DNA of 63,921 nucleotides, counting the filler, from Perkinsus olseni (Eukaryota), in NCBI GenBank assembly GCA_013115125.1. It is 4 parts of 4 records of this genome, joined end to end, with 100 filler letters (N's around TTAATTAATTAA, not from the genome) between each part and the next. Parts side by side here need not be neighbours in the genome. Positions count along the whole stretch, not along the records: positions 48,057 to 63,921 come from JABANN010000693.1; 3 more parts are not named here. One strand, 5' to 3'. The notes below the pieces were generated by a model, which did no database searches, was not told the origin of the DNA, and saw only the letters and a list, made by a program, of their open reading frames with translations. Positions 50,177 to 61,229 of the stretch are shown piece by piece. Numbering within the stretch: the first letter of the stretch is position 1; each line of letters begins with the position of its first letter. Made by a program: the position numbers and the translations under genes.

Positions 50177-50250
50177 TACTGGAACCGAGAATCGAACTCG
50201 GGACCTACTGCGTGTTAGGCAGTCGTCATAACCAACTAGACCATTCCAGC
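50177..50250 (-). tRNA. tRNA-Val(AAC)
   Basis: GCTGGAATGGTCTAGTTGGTTATGACGACTGC-CTAACAC-GCAGTAGGTCCCGAG-TTCGATT-CTCGGTTCCAGTA forms an intact cloverleaf with anticodon AAC. Confidence 0.93.
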
Positions 50251-50689
50251 TGTTGCACGTTGTACTCGTCTTTGCTCACTGTCAGCCCCTCAACCCGCCT
50301 TGCCTGCCCCGGGTGAGTCTGAGAGTAGCGTCGAGTCCTCCCGCGTGACCCCGCCTGGAGAGATGTCTGACGGCTTCGTCCAATCAAATGTCGAGGAGGA
50401 TACCGAAGCGGAGGAAAACGAATCAGCCGGAGTTGCTCGACAACGATCGGACGATGATGTAGACCGGGACTGATCTTTCCGGTGGTTACCTCGATTCAAC
50501 CAGGCGATCCAGCCAAGGGTCCGACGGAGGCGAGTTGATGTGTTGCGGCGAATGCTCAGTGAAGGACTCGAAATCATTGGTAGGTGCTTGCGGGACGCTG
50601 TGTTCCGAATGCTTCCCGTCAAATTGCCACCTGCGAAGAATGTGGCATTTCGCGTTTTCAAGTAGGAGTTCGCTGTGCCTTGATCGCTG

Positions 50690-50897
50690 ATAAATGATCA
50701 GCAGCTACGTCACTAAGGTCACTCCGAATGATCTCATTTCAGGCCGGCCGTCGCATCCCACAGTTTCCTTCTACGGCTTGATACTGACTAAGCTGAGAGA
50801 ACGAGAGATGACGCAGAGCGAAATCCTCGAAGCTGAGCGGAGATTCCAAAATAGATTGCGTAGCCATTGGACTTCCACTTTAATCGAAGATTTCTGA
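50690..50897 (+). mobile_element. Possible degraded LTR-retrotransposon integrase C-terminal fragment (BEL/Pao-like)
   Basis: VTPNDLISGRP...ERRFQNRLRSHWTSTLIEDF resembles the LTPxxxLxGR...FWxxWxxEY motif. Neighbouring frames are broken by stops. Confidence 0.3.
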
Positions 50898-51556
50898 TTA
50901 TCTCGGACTTGTGTGAATGTCATTCTCCGTCGCTCACTGAGCGTCGAGAGGAATTACCGAGAGTCACGCGACGGGAACCCGTTTGGAAGATTTATTTTAC
51001 ACGGTTGACAAGTTAAGTCTGGCGCGCCCCGAGCCGGAGCATAAAGGATACCCTGCGCGCGTGCAGCGACGCCAGTGCGACAGCGGCGCAGGAAATCGCC
51101 CGTGCCGGCCGGGCTCGATTGAGGCGATGTTCACATCTTGCCTCAGTCAGTTGTCGATCGTTACACTCGTCTCGTTCTCCCACCCTCTCCACCCACGTTG
51201 AAGGTTCTGGTGTGAGACCAGGCCGACTCGACGGGGGGCTCCCGTGCAGCTCGACCCGCTTAATCGCACCACCACCTTGCAGTGCACCCTCAACTGCAAA
51301 TCACCGCCGGCATGGCGGAGTGTCAGTCCGCAGCCGCCCGGGTCGCGGGCTCTAGTCTAGCGGTCCGCTATGCGGGTTGCTGCGGCGCTACACACAGACT
51401 TCGTGTCGTAGGGTTCGGTGGCGAGGCAGGCCAAACGCGCCAAAAGTGACGCGATTCTGCAGATGCCAGAATTGTCCAGTTCCCTGAACCACTTCAGGAA
51501 GAAGAACACTCAATCGCCCATAGCTGTTAAGAGTTTCGAGATTTGAGTAGGGAAAA

Positions 51557-51630
51557 TACTAGAACCGAGAATCGAACGCGGAACCTACTGCATGTTAGGC
51601 AGTCGTCATAACCAACTAGACAATTCCAGC
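51557..51630 (-). pseudogene. tRNA-Val(AAC) decayed copy
   Basis: Same 74 nt as 50177-50250 with 5 substitutions, including disrupted D-stem and T-stem pairs. Confidence 0.75.
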
Positions 51631-51799
51631 TTACAATACAGTGGTTTACGGACGGGGAGGACTCTGACATCAGTAGAAGCGTCAATCTCGAAACTCTCAC
51701 AGCTTTGGACAATTGAGTGTTATTCTATTACCCGAGCCCCTGACAAACTCAAAACTAAACGCAGTGAATGACAAAGGATGAAACCACGAATCAAACACT

Positions 51800-54700
51800 T
51801 TAGTCGCTCTTTTGCCTCTTATCGACACCCGTTAACCGGCCAGCCGATCCTCTGCGCTTCCGAGGGGACGTCTCTACGAGTGGAGCACAGGCATCCCTCA
51901 ACCAAGCTAGCTCAGCCTGGTCCTTAATCTGAACAGCGAACGATACCATGTGAACGCTCTCAGCGATTATAAGTCGAGGAAAGTGGAAGTGAGTTCAAGC
52001 GGAAACCTTCCATATGAAGTCTTCCTGTACAAGAACGGTCAGGCATACGTTTACTCGAGCAAAGCTACTCGCTATGGTGAGATATAAATCCTCAAACTAC
52101 TGATTTTCGCTGTTTTAAGACTAAGTGTTCAATGCCAATCTCCAAGAAGTACTTTCCATCAAACCAGACTATTACCACTACGTACACTCCGTGGTAATTT
52201 AATCAATACCCAACTACATGTGGTTCGGTATTGGCCAAAACTCGTGCATGATATGCATCCAACCATTCGATCTCCTCGTCAGTCATCTCCTCGACGTTGA
52301 TCAATTTCTTCTGTATCGGGACCAACGTTAGCGTCTCCATCTCCAGCAAATGCTGGCCGGGGATTAGGGCGTGTTCAACAGGAGACTCTGAGAGAAATAA
52401 CGGGTGTGCGTGTCGAACCTGAGACCTCCCGGCTCACCCTTCACCAGCATCAGACTTTCAATACGGATACCGAACTCGCCATCTTTGTAGTATCCCGGCT
52501 CGTTGCTGATGACCATACCGGGCTTCAACTGCTCGGGAATCCTGAGTGAGTCCCATTAAGAATTTCGGCAATACGATTATAGTACCCTGGACGGCCAGGA
52601 GGTCCGATGTTCTGAGGTCCTTCATGAACGCAAAGATATGCTCCAACACCATGACCTTGAATTAAAACATCAGTTGCAGCCGCGTCTTCCTAGAAAGACG
52701 AAATTCCAGCCTCCCCTTATTACCAGTTCCATGCCTGAAGTCCATACCGCCTTGCCAGAGGTATTGCCGAGCCAATGAATCCAGAGCCTGACCGACAGTT
52801 CCCACTGGGAACTTTTGCTTCGCTAGGGCAATATGGCCTCGTAAAACACGGGTATAGGCGTCCTTCTCAGCGGCGGTAGGAGTGCCGAGATGAACCGTCC
52901 GAGTGACATCAGTCGTGCCCTGCCAGTACTGCCCGCCAGAATCAACAAGATACCTAGCAAAATATCTTTGCGCACAGGCAAGAATATTCATGTGCCTTAC
53001 ATTTCTTTATCACTCGCAGCTCTCGCGGAGCCCTTAGTCGGACTGTAGTGGATCACCGCCGCGTTAGGTCCGAAGGAAGAGATAGCTGACATTGATGATC
53101 TTGCAATCTTGCGATTCCTCCACGCGCCCATTACTGGTGAAGCTTAGCCCACGGAAATTGTGGCTCTGCTTCCTGAATTTCTCGAGTTTGTCGGCGACAT
53201 CAACCTCATCAAGATCAGTTCGCTTGAGGTCAGCGAGTTGATGCTCCAACCAGTACCTAACTCGGATAAGATCTTGCTTTTAAACGAAATCACTTCCGCT
53301 ATATCCCCACAACAGCCTATTCCTGGCTTATTTTGAATCATTCATGCTCCAACCTCAGATACGACTCTTACATGTATCTAGTCTTCGCCACTCCGTCCTC
53401 CCGATGAGCCTCTCGGGCTCCGTCGCACTCAACCTCGTTTTTGATTGCCTTCCACAACACCATCGGCAATCTGCTCTCATACTTCTCCGTCTCCGCGCCA
53501 ATCGCGGCATAAACAGCCATGTTGCAAGCAGTTGGGTCGAGCCAAACTTTACCGAGGGAGGAGCTGTTGGACTTCAACCAGGAAAAAACCTGAAGAGATA
53601 CATCCACATTTTTCCGTGCGCAAGAGATGATGAAAGTTTCACGCACCGTCTAGTTTTCTGGATTATGTGAATACAAGGTGGAACGTGACCCACGATGTGA
53701 CCAGACTGGAATTTTGTCAAGATTGTTCGATACAACTACCCATGCTACAGCCGACACACATGGACTTGATACTAAGCAGACCGTAGCCGCTGGCGACTGG
53801 AAGAGCTTTTGAAGACCACTATTGTGTAGATTCGGCGTGACAGCCGGCGGCTCCCCTTATGCTGAGAGACGTGGCGATCGTACCATGTGCAGCACGATGT
53901 ATAAGGAAATCTTCTATCGGCTACAACCCACACACGAAAGACAATTCCAAATAATGCGGTACGGCTCACTACACGATCGTAGCCCCGAGTCATGCCATCT
54001 CTCCTCTTACTTCCTCATAAGGCCTGCACTGCACACCCGCTTTCTGCATGGCCTGGGTAGCGTCCTGCGTGAAACGCGATGAGTTGACGAAAAGGAGGCA
54101 GGTGTCGGGTAGGATAACAAGATACGACATAAACAATGGGTTGTATCTGAGAGGGAGGGAAGAAACTGGAATGAAACTAAACTGATGCCGTCAATGGGTG
54201 GTGTCAATCGGATGATCATATATTTTATTTCGCGGAAAGTGAAGGTAATGCAACCTGGGACAGCAAATCGGTGCGTCGTTTACTGCTGGATATGGAGCAA
54301 ACGAGATTTTAGAAAAAGATTTTGGATGCCAAAGAGGTCACATACTACGCAGGCGGGGATGAAAACTGCTACAATTGCATATGAATTTATTAGAATATGA
54401 TATATACCCAAAAAACGATGTACTGATATCCAACGTGAATAAATGAACTATGATTCAATCAATCCATTGATGATAAGATGTAGTATCAAAATGTTAGAAA
54501 TATATTTGAGAATGATATGATAGTTTACGCATTCAATATTATTATCCACCGATGTCTCTATACGACGAAGCATGGGAAGAATCTAGCTTTCCTTGAAGTA
54601 TAGCTCGAAGATTGGAAAGGTCGTCGCAAATTAAATTATGATATAGCTTACTCGATATCAGTTCCCCTGAGATTGGTGGTCCAAGCAATGACGTCCAAAG

Positions 54701-55805
54701 AGGAGGCCAACATTGCAGTGCAGTTTTGCTTCTTCATAGCCTCTCTAGCTCGCTCTAGTTTAGATGTAGTACTTTCACCAGAGTACTTCTCGTCGAGGAA
54801 GAAGACCTGCGATGATGATCAGGCTACTCATGGACTCCCTGGGACTCGCAAGGTTCAACGTAAAGATTCGTCAGTGAATTAATTTCATATTTCAACCGGA
54901 GGGAAGTCGTAATTCCTCCTCTCTACGCCTACGAGTATGCAACGTAGGCAACCTAACCTCTCTCGTATCTTTCGAGCTTGGAGCTAAGATTCCCACATCC
55001 TATTACCGGATCACTGCCTGGCTTGGGCCTAGGATACTGCTTATCTTGGTCCCATATGGCATCTACTAAATTCTGTTTCTCCATCGCGATCTTCAATCCA
55101 CTCTTGGTGTAATCCATATAACTTGCCACTGATGTCACCGACGGATCGACACCGATCGCAACATCTCTAGCATTTTCTGAGAAAGAAAGGGATATAAACT
55201 CGAACGCGAACAACAGCTACTGTTGCCCTGGGTAAACACCATTTTCTTATAAAATGGTGATGTGAACTCGCCATACCGCCGACCGTCTCTCAGTGAAGAA
55301 CCGAAGTTCTCGAATACGAAGGTCCTTTGAAAACGGAGCACGATTCCTTGAGAACGAAGAAGGAGAGCTCGACAATCGGCAAATTTAGAGTCGTCAAGAT
55401 TGATGGCTTCCGAATCACCCCAAAATTATTACTGTGGAGCCAATCTTTGACTGTGGGAGTATTGGGCTCGCGGTCCTTCATCAACGACCATTCTTTGCCG
55501 AATTGATTTTGGGCTTGTAAAAAATATCTTCCATCAGTCCACAAGAGGGCTTGAGTTGGAGTGACCACGCATGTTCCAGCAGAACCATCAAATCCAGACA
55601 GATAAGCCACGCGTTCGTCGCAGGCTGCAATATACCTGCCATTTGATACCATAACTTACACAAATCGTGTCCAAGAACAAGCTTACTCAGACTGATGGGC
55701 GTCATCGTGGCGAACTATGTAGGCCCCGAATTGCTTCTGCTGCATGAGCTGACGGAATTTGGCAAGCCTGTCGGACAAGGCCTCTAGCGGTACGACACGA
55801 GACAT
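51800..55805 (-). CDS. Xaa-Pro aminopeptidase (aminopeptidase P, M24B), multi-exon
   Basis: [97 protein letters not shown] and WLDAYH. ATG at 55805 and stop at 51800. Confidence 0.95.
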
Positions 55806-56223
55806 GTTAATAAGATGATTAGATGCTACAGAGCACCTCCAGAGAGAACGAGTCAACATAAACTGTCAAGGTTGTACCCTACCCGAGGGCCGAGCTAGAA
55901 GAAGATTCGCCATTAAGGACTCGTCTATTGTGCTACGAACTGTCCCACACAATGAAGTCATCAATCGGAACCTGTAATCTCCCTACTGGGCTTCTCTCCA
56001 CGGAGAGAAGCCATCAGGGACTCCCTGGCTCGCTGGACAATAGCAGTAAGGGCTCCCTACTGCTATTGTCCAGTACTGATGTTCGCTGGAAGACTGAGGG
56101 CAACAATGCGTGAATTTGGTTATCATCTTGCTGTTAAATTTCCTTCGCTCCGCCTTGAGCTAGTATCTCAGGGTTCTCCACTATCTTTCGGTTCCGAAGC
56201 TTAAAGTCGATTCTAGACTTCTA

Positions 56224-57446
56224 CACCTTTTAAATGCCGATTTCGCGATCAGTAAGATCAATTTCGCAGGGCGAGCGGTCACCCGCGCCAAGATATGCCT
56301 TAGTAAGATCAATTTCGCCAGCGCGCGCGATAGTACAATCAATTTCGCCGGCACACCCGAAGTAAGTTCAATTTCGACGAAATGCGGAAATCAATTTCGC
56401 TGGTAGTAGATTCTATTTCGCTGTAGTGACGGATTCTGACGTCCGACAGCTGTGGGCTGGCCGTTTCGCCTATCATGATGCAAAATCCAAGTCACAAAGC
56501 TGAGGATGAGAGCTACTGTGGCAGAAATTGGCTCCGGTGGCTCAGTCCTAGGATCCTCTCGATACTAGCGTTCAAGGAACGCTAGTTCATTAGAACCCAG
56601 CACCATGAGTTCTAATGAACCAGTTGGATTCATTTGAAACCTCTAACTACGGGGACTGGGAGTCGGGGCGGTGGCCACGACGGACCTGCAGGCGGTGAGG
56701 GCGACAAGGGGCTACGCCGAATGCCCTTCCTGTGGCCTTGCGCCAACAGTTCCTGCGTTTGGCTGCGCACAGCGGGTACACAACCCCTACGCGTGTAGCG
56801 GCCAGCCCAGCGAGGACCTACACCCGGATATTGGGGTAGGTCCGGGCTCACCCGTAGTCTCGGTTAGTGGGCAGGGTGGGATTGATCGGCTCACGCAAAG
56901 GCTGCAGAGCCGCTCCCGTTGGGGTACTAGAAGGAGAGGGGACNNNNNNNNNNNNNNNNNNNNNNNNNNNNNNNNNNNNNNNNNNNNNNNNNNNNNNNNN
57001 NNNNNNNNNNNNNNNNNNNNNNNNNNNNNNNNNNNNNNNNGACTACGGCGAGGCGCAGACCAGCCACCGGGAGTCCTGCGGCTATGACCGCAGTATCTCC
57101 AAGACAAATTGATCGGCTCACGCAAAGGCTGCAGAGCCGCTCCCGTTGGGGTACTAGAAGGAGAGGGGACTACGGCGAGGCGCAGACCAGCCACCGGGAG
57201 TCCTGCGGCTATGACCGCAGTATCTCCAAGACAAATTGATCGGCTCACGCAGAGGCTGCAGGGTCGCTCAAATCGTTACCGAGAAAACATGAAGACAAAC
57301 TGACAGACGAAAGGTGGCTTGGGTTCACGCGTCTACACCTTTTAAATGCCTATTTCGGGGTCAGTAGCCGTCGAGCTACAAAACCTACAAACCTCCAATC
57401 CGCCGAAATTGATCTTACTGACCCCGAAATAGGCATTTAAAAGGTG
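56224..57446. mobile_element. Non-autonomous TA-flanked TIR element (Tc1/mariner-like) with subterminal repeats, an internal 127-bp tandem repeat and a nested short copy (57336-57446)
   Basis: TA|CACCTTTTAAATGCC occurs at 56222 and 57334, and GGCATTTAAAAGGTG|TA ends at 57448. About 6 AAGATCAATTTCGC-like subterminal repeats lie at 56254-56422. Confidence 0.75.
56881..57262. repeat. 127-bp tandem repeat (at least 2 units plus a partial one, interrupted by a 97-N gap)
   Basis: ATTGATCGGCTCACGCA starts at 56881, 57108 and 57235. The units are essentially identical. Confidence 0.9.
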
Positions 57447-57970
57447 TAGCTGAACCGCCTCCCTTTCGTCGAGGAAGATATACCGCGGTAGTACCGCGAC
57501 AGTACTAGAATATTACACCCTGACCACGATCAGTATTACGAGAAGGTGAATCCGTCCTGGCTAGCGCTCTAGCCAATGCTGCTAGCACACAAATACACTG
57601 CGCAACAAATTCTTAGAAAATCGGGGTTTTCAACCATTTTATCCTTCCAGAGTACCATTTCGCAACGAGGCCCCACTATGTGTGCTTACATGACATACTG
57701 GATATACCCTCCAAGTTTTAGGGCAAAACTCTCCGTGGATCGCGAGAAATCGAAAATTTACTTGATTAGCACGCAACAAATTCTTAGAAAATCACGGCTT
57801 AGCGCGGGCAGTAAAATCGCTCATTTTAGCTACAAAGTATAATTTAAACTCTTAATCAGTCTAAACGATTTGCGGCATTCGAGAGAGCACCTAATAATTA
57901 GTCTGGTCCAGAAATATCAGACCCAGAAGTGCTGGCGATCAGTGGGTACCACCCTTTTCGTGAATCGCGC

Positions 57971-58321
57971 TTAGAATCTCCTTACCTCGCGGGTCTGCTC
58001 CTGCGTTATGGGACGGCTAGCGAGACCGCCGCAAAGGAGGAAGAGAGAAGTGAAGGTGTTTGCGGACATCATTTTATTATTCTCGCAATGAACCTGCATA
58101 GGTGTCCGTTCTGTCGACCCCAAAACGCTCGGATAGATGGCGGGAAGGTGGCCGATATCCCGCATTGCGGCATCAGCTGAGTGCTAAGGCTCTTCGATTG
58201 GTATACGGAAAAAAGAAGCGCCCGGTGTGCAATAGATTACAGACAACGGAGCAGCAACTGGAATTCTACAGCGCTCGAGATTCCTGCACATAAGAAGCTT
58301 CCAACCCATGCTCAAATTCAT
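57971..58321 (-). pseudogene. Truncated paralog of the secreted-protein family at 58632 and 61230
   Basis: MNLSMGWKLLMCRNLERCRIPV aligns with ALVWQNTQCCRVQL. LFLLCGGLASRPITQEQTRE aligns with FLFVGEGLASLSMTSEQIRE and LFFLRRGLGSSPITREQIHE, ending at the same splice donor. Confidence 0.55.
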
Positions 58322-58631
58322 ACGGGATGTTCACTGAGCTTCACGGTTGGGAATCGACTTGGAGTACATTTTTGATGCACTTGATGCATCAAGTGCATCA
58401 AGAACTCAAGTTTCTCCAGTAGCTGATGAGTATCGACCGCGAGTGGACACCGTCCTAGGACGGTCCACTCGCACCGTTATCTTCACGTAGTATCGACCGT
58501 GAATTGGCACTAGTGATCCATTATGGTCATCGGTACCACCTGCATCAAGCCTCTCAACCGAGGGAGCTGTGAGTTCTGACCTCAACAGAGGTCAGTTCGA
58601 GCCCCGCATCTCTCAGGTTCACCATTATACT

Positions 58632-60650
58632 ATGAACTACTCTCTTCAGCTCCTCTGCGTAGTAGCACTTGTGTGGCAGAACACGCAGTGTTGTAGAGTA
58701 CAACTCAGTAGCGACGAAGAGATCGGGCGAGCGCTAATTGCACGGCTGGCGGAGCAGCCAACGATGCTGCAACAGCGACGCAGCATGTGGTAGAGGACTC
58801 GGGTGAACAGGCGCTCGGCTTCTTCAATCGATTAGGCTTCGGGCAGTGTTCCCTTCCATCGCTCGAGCGAACCATTTCCTCCCCAGCGCCCCCCCAAAGC
58901 GAAAGTCGGCTCTACCGCGTCGTGATAACCTTGCCAACGGCGACTTTCTCGATGGGTGGAATGCCTGAACAGCTCAGTTGTGGTACCACTCCATCAATGC
59001 GTGCCAGCAGTGCAGCCCGCGTCCTGGCGTACTTTCTGTTTGTTGGGGAGGGACTGGCGAGCCTGTCCATGACTTCGGAACAGATTCGCGAGGCAAGGCA
59101 CTCGCTCAGTGGGATGCTTCAGGACCAGTCAGCGGATTCTGTCAGATTGCCGCTAAGCCGCAGCCTGTACCGTCATTGCAGCGGAGCCTTTTATCTGTAG
59201 CCAGTCAGGATAAGGTTGGGATGGACGAAAATGGGCAGAAGTCAATTCTAGTGAGAGATCGGGCACCTCGACCTCTTCTGTCCCTCATTGGGTGTCTGAC
59301 ATACCATTCCTTTCAGAAATCAAAGCTCATACCCTACGGGCTCTCTTCATGGTACACTGGTATTCCGACTCCAGAAGGCTTGACGGTAGCATACTCCTCC
59401 GTCCAATCGCCCTAGAAGTGATTGCAGGTCCACCCTCAAGTTGAAGGTTTTCTCGGTCTTCGTGAGCACTACAGAATATCATCCTCTGGGCTTTACGCGG
59501 CGTTCGACGCTGTTCCCTCGGGCCCAGCCGGCGGTAGCAAGCTAGTTCTCGGAATGTATGAGCTAAGATGCCCGGCGAAGGACAAGTGAGTCTCGTTTGA
59601 GCTTCGTTGAATTGAAAGCTGGAATTGTTCAGGGATGGCAAAATACTTGACGGGACAGCTAGAATGATCGCAGCTGAGGATCCGATCACGTGAGTGGTGC
59701 ATGAGTAGTCGACTGAGTGGTCAGGGGAGGTCCTTGTTTCGGTTATCTCTCTTGCGCGCGAATGCTCGAGGGAGCGGTGAACAACGGACTTACTCGGCGT
59801 TAATACAGGATGTACACTTGGGAAGGGCCAACCCCTCATAGCTCCTTGTTGCAAGCGGGTCACGGCTTCATGACGGCAGCAATAGGAAGCTCTCATCGTG
59901 AACGGGACGAGGGTGTGCCTCATTTAGGGCCTAACCCCCCAGTGGCTCATTCAGTGGGCCATTTTTAAGTTTACATGCTGACGGAATGATTCCGTGGTTA
60001 CTGTTCTACTAGCCATTGTAGTGCAATAATTGTACTACAGGCATGAGGGTATTAGGGATAGTTTTCGCAGTGAGGCTCACACTTCACCGATCGATGAACA
60101 TTCGTAATGTTGCCATGGATCAACAACTGCTTAGGCACTTCAAGTTGGCCTTCCCCTTGTGGCAAGGAGAAGAAGGTGTGGATGATTACCAAATAGAAGT
60201 TGAGCCGCCGAGCCCTTCAGCTACAATGCGCCGTAGATTCCCAGGGAATCGCCTGGAGGAACTCCTCAAACGTGCACTGAAGAAGCTCTACTACGGCTCA
60301 GCAGGCGCGGCGTACACGCGTCATAAGAACTCATCACCACTGGGTACTCAGCCTGGCTCACAGTCGAACGTGGAGGCTTCAGAAGTCGACCACAATGTCA
60401 CGGCGAATCTATGGCTGCTCAGAGAACTGTGCGAGGACGCTACAGTGGGAAGAAATTGCTGTCCCTCGATAATCGTCGTATCATTCATTTCAGATCTACA
60501 ACCAGGGCCAAGATGTCGCAGTTGCAGATTCTAAGGGAACACAATAGAGGTATCGACGCTAGTATCGAGAGGCCTGTATTTCGAGCCTGCAAGCTCATCT
60601 GCCGAATGAACATGTTTGTTGCGAGTTATGAGATGCCTGATACATGACAT
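58632..60650 (+). CDS. Lineage-specific putative secreted protein, paralog 1 (multi-exon; frame may be disrupted)
   Basis: Signal-peptide-like MNYSLQLLCVVALVWQNTQC. It shares blocks with paralog 2 (SWY.GIP; LRHFKLAFP.W.G.E...DYQ.EV; KRA...LYYG.AGAA; WLL.ELC.D). Confidence 0.55.
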
Positions 60651-61109
60651 GTTGTTTTTGAATTGTGCTGTCATTTGCTGTGACTTGTGGACTGTTCGGG
60701 TTCAGAGGATGCTGCTGCTGGTCTCCCAGCAGAGGACGCCTGCGGTCGGCAGAGAGTGTCCTAGTTAGGTAGACTTCCACTCATGTGCTTATTTCCTGGG
60801 ACCTTTCGCCTATGCTCCATAAGTTACTTCCCCGTAATTACTAGTAGTTATTAAAATGACTTATCATTAGTACCCATCAGACAGTTGACCAGAACGCTAC
60901 CCTCAGGAATATATTCAGACTGAAAAGCTATCCAGGGCGTTCAGTTGTACAAGCTTCGTTGACGGAATATCACTGAGCTCGTCGATTCAAAGCTTCTTGG
61001 AACTCGAGCTTTCCTCTTTAGCCGTTATGCCGAAACGTTCACACGGCTCAGGGGTATTCAACATTATCGAATTATTGTGAATTTTAGAAGTGAATTATTG
61101 AATTGATAA

Positions 61110-61208
61110 TTCAATTCCGAACTTCGCAATCGTCTCTGGAATTGATTTTCACACGGAAAACGGAACTCCAAGATCGTTTCTGAGTTTCAGAATAAGTTTG
61201 TTGAACGA
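61110..61208. repeat. Palindromic MITE-like repeat, copy C (diverged)
   Basis: CTCTGGAATTGATTTTCACACG...TTTCTGAGTTTCAGAATAAGTTTGTTGAAC. Confidence 0.6.
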
Positions 61209-61229
61209 AGGGTCAGATGAATTAGATCC

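Noticed and set aside
53778-53800. ACCGTAGCC as a spliced-leader relic
   Set aside because: Only 9 nt match the perkinsid/dinoflagellate SL, and the TGGCTCAAG end is missing.
56944-57040. 97-N gap as hidden unique sequence
   Set aside because: Removing the Ns and one duplicated GAC restores the exact 127-bp period, so it is most likely an unresolved tandem array.
56881-57262. Regular repeats as a possible CRISPR array
   Set aside because: The units are full-length 127-bp tandem copies with no unique spacers, there are no cas genes, and the context is eukaryotic.
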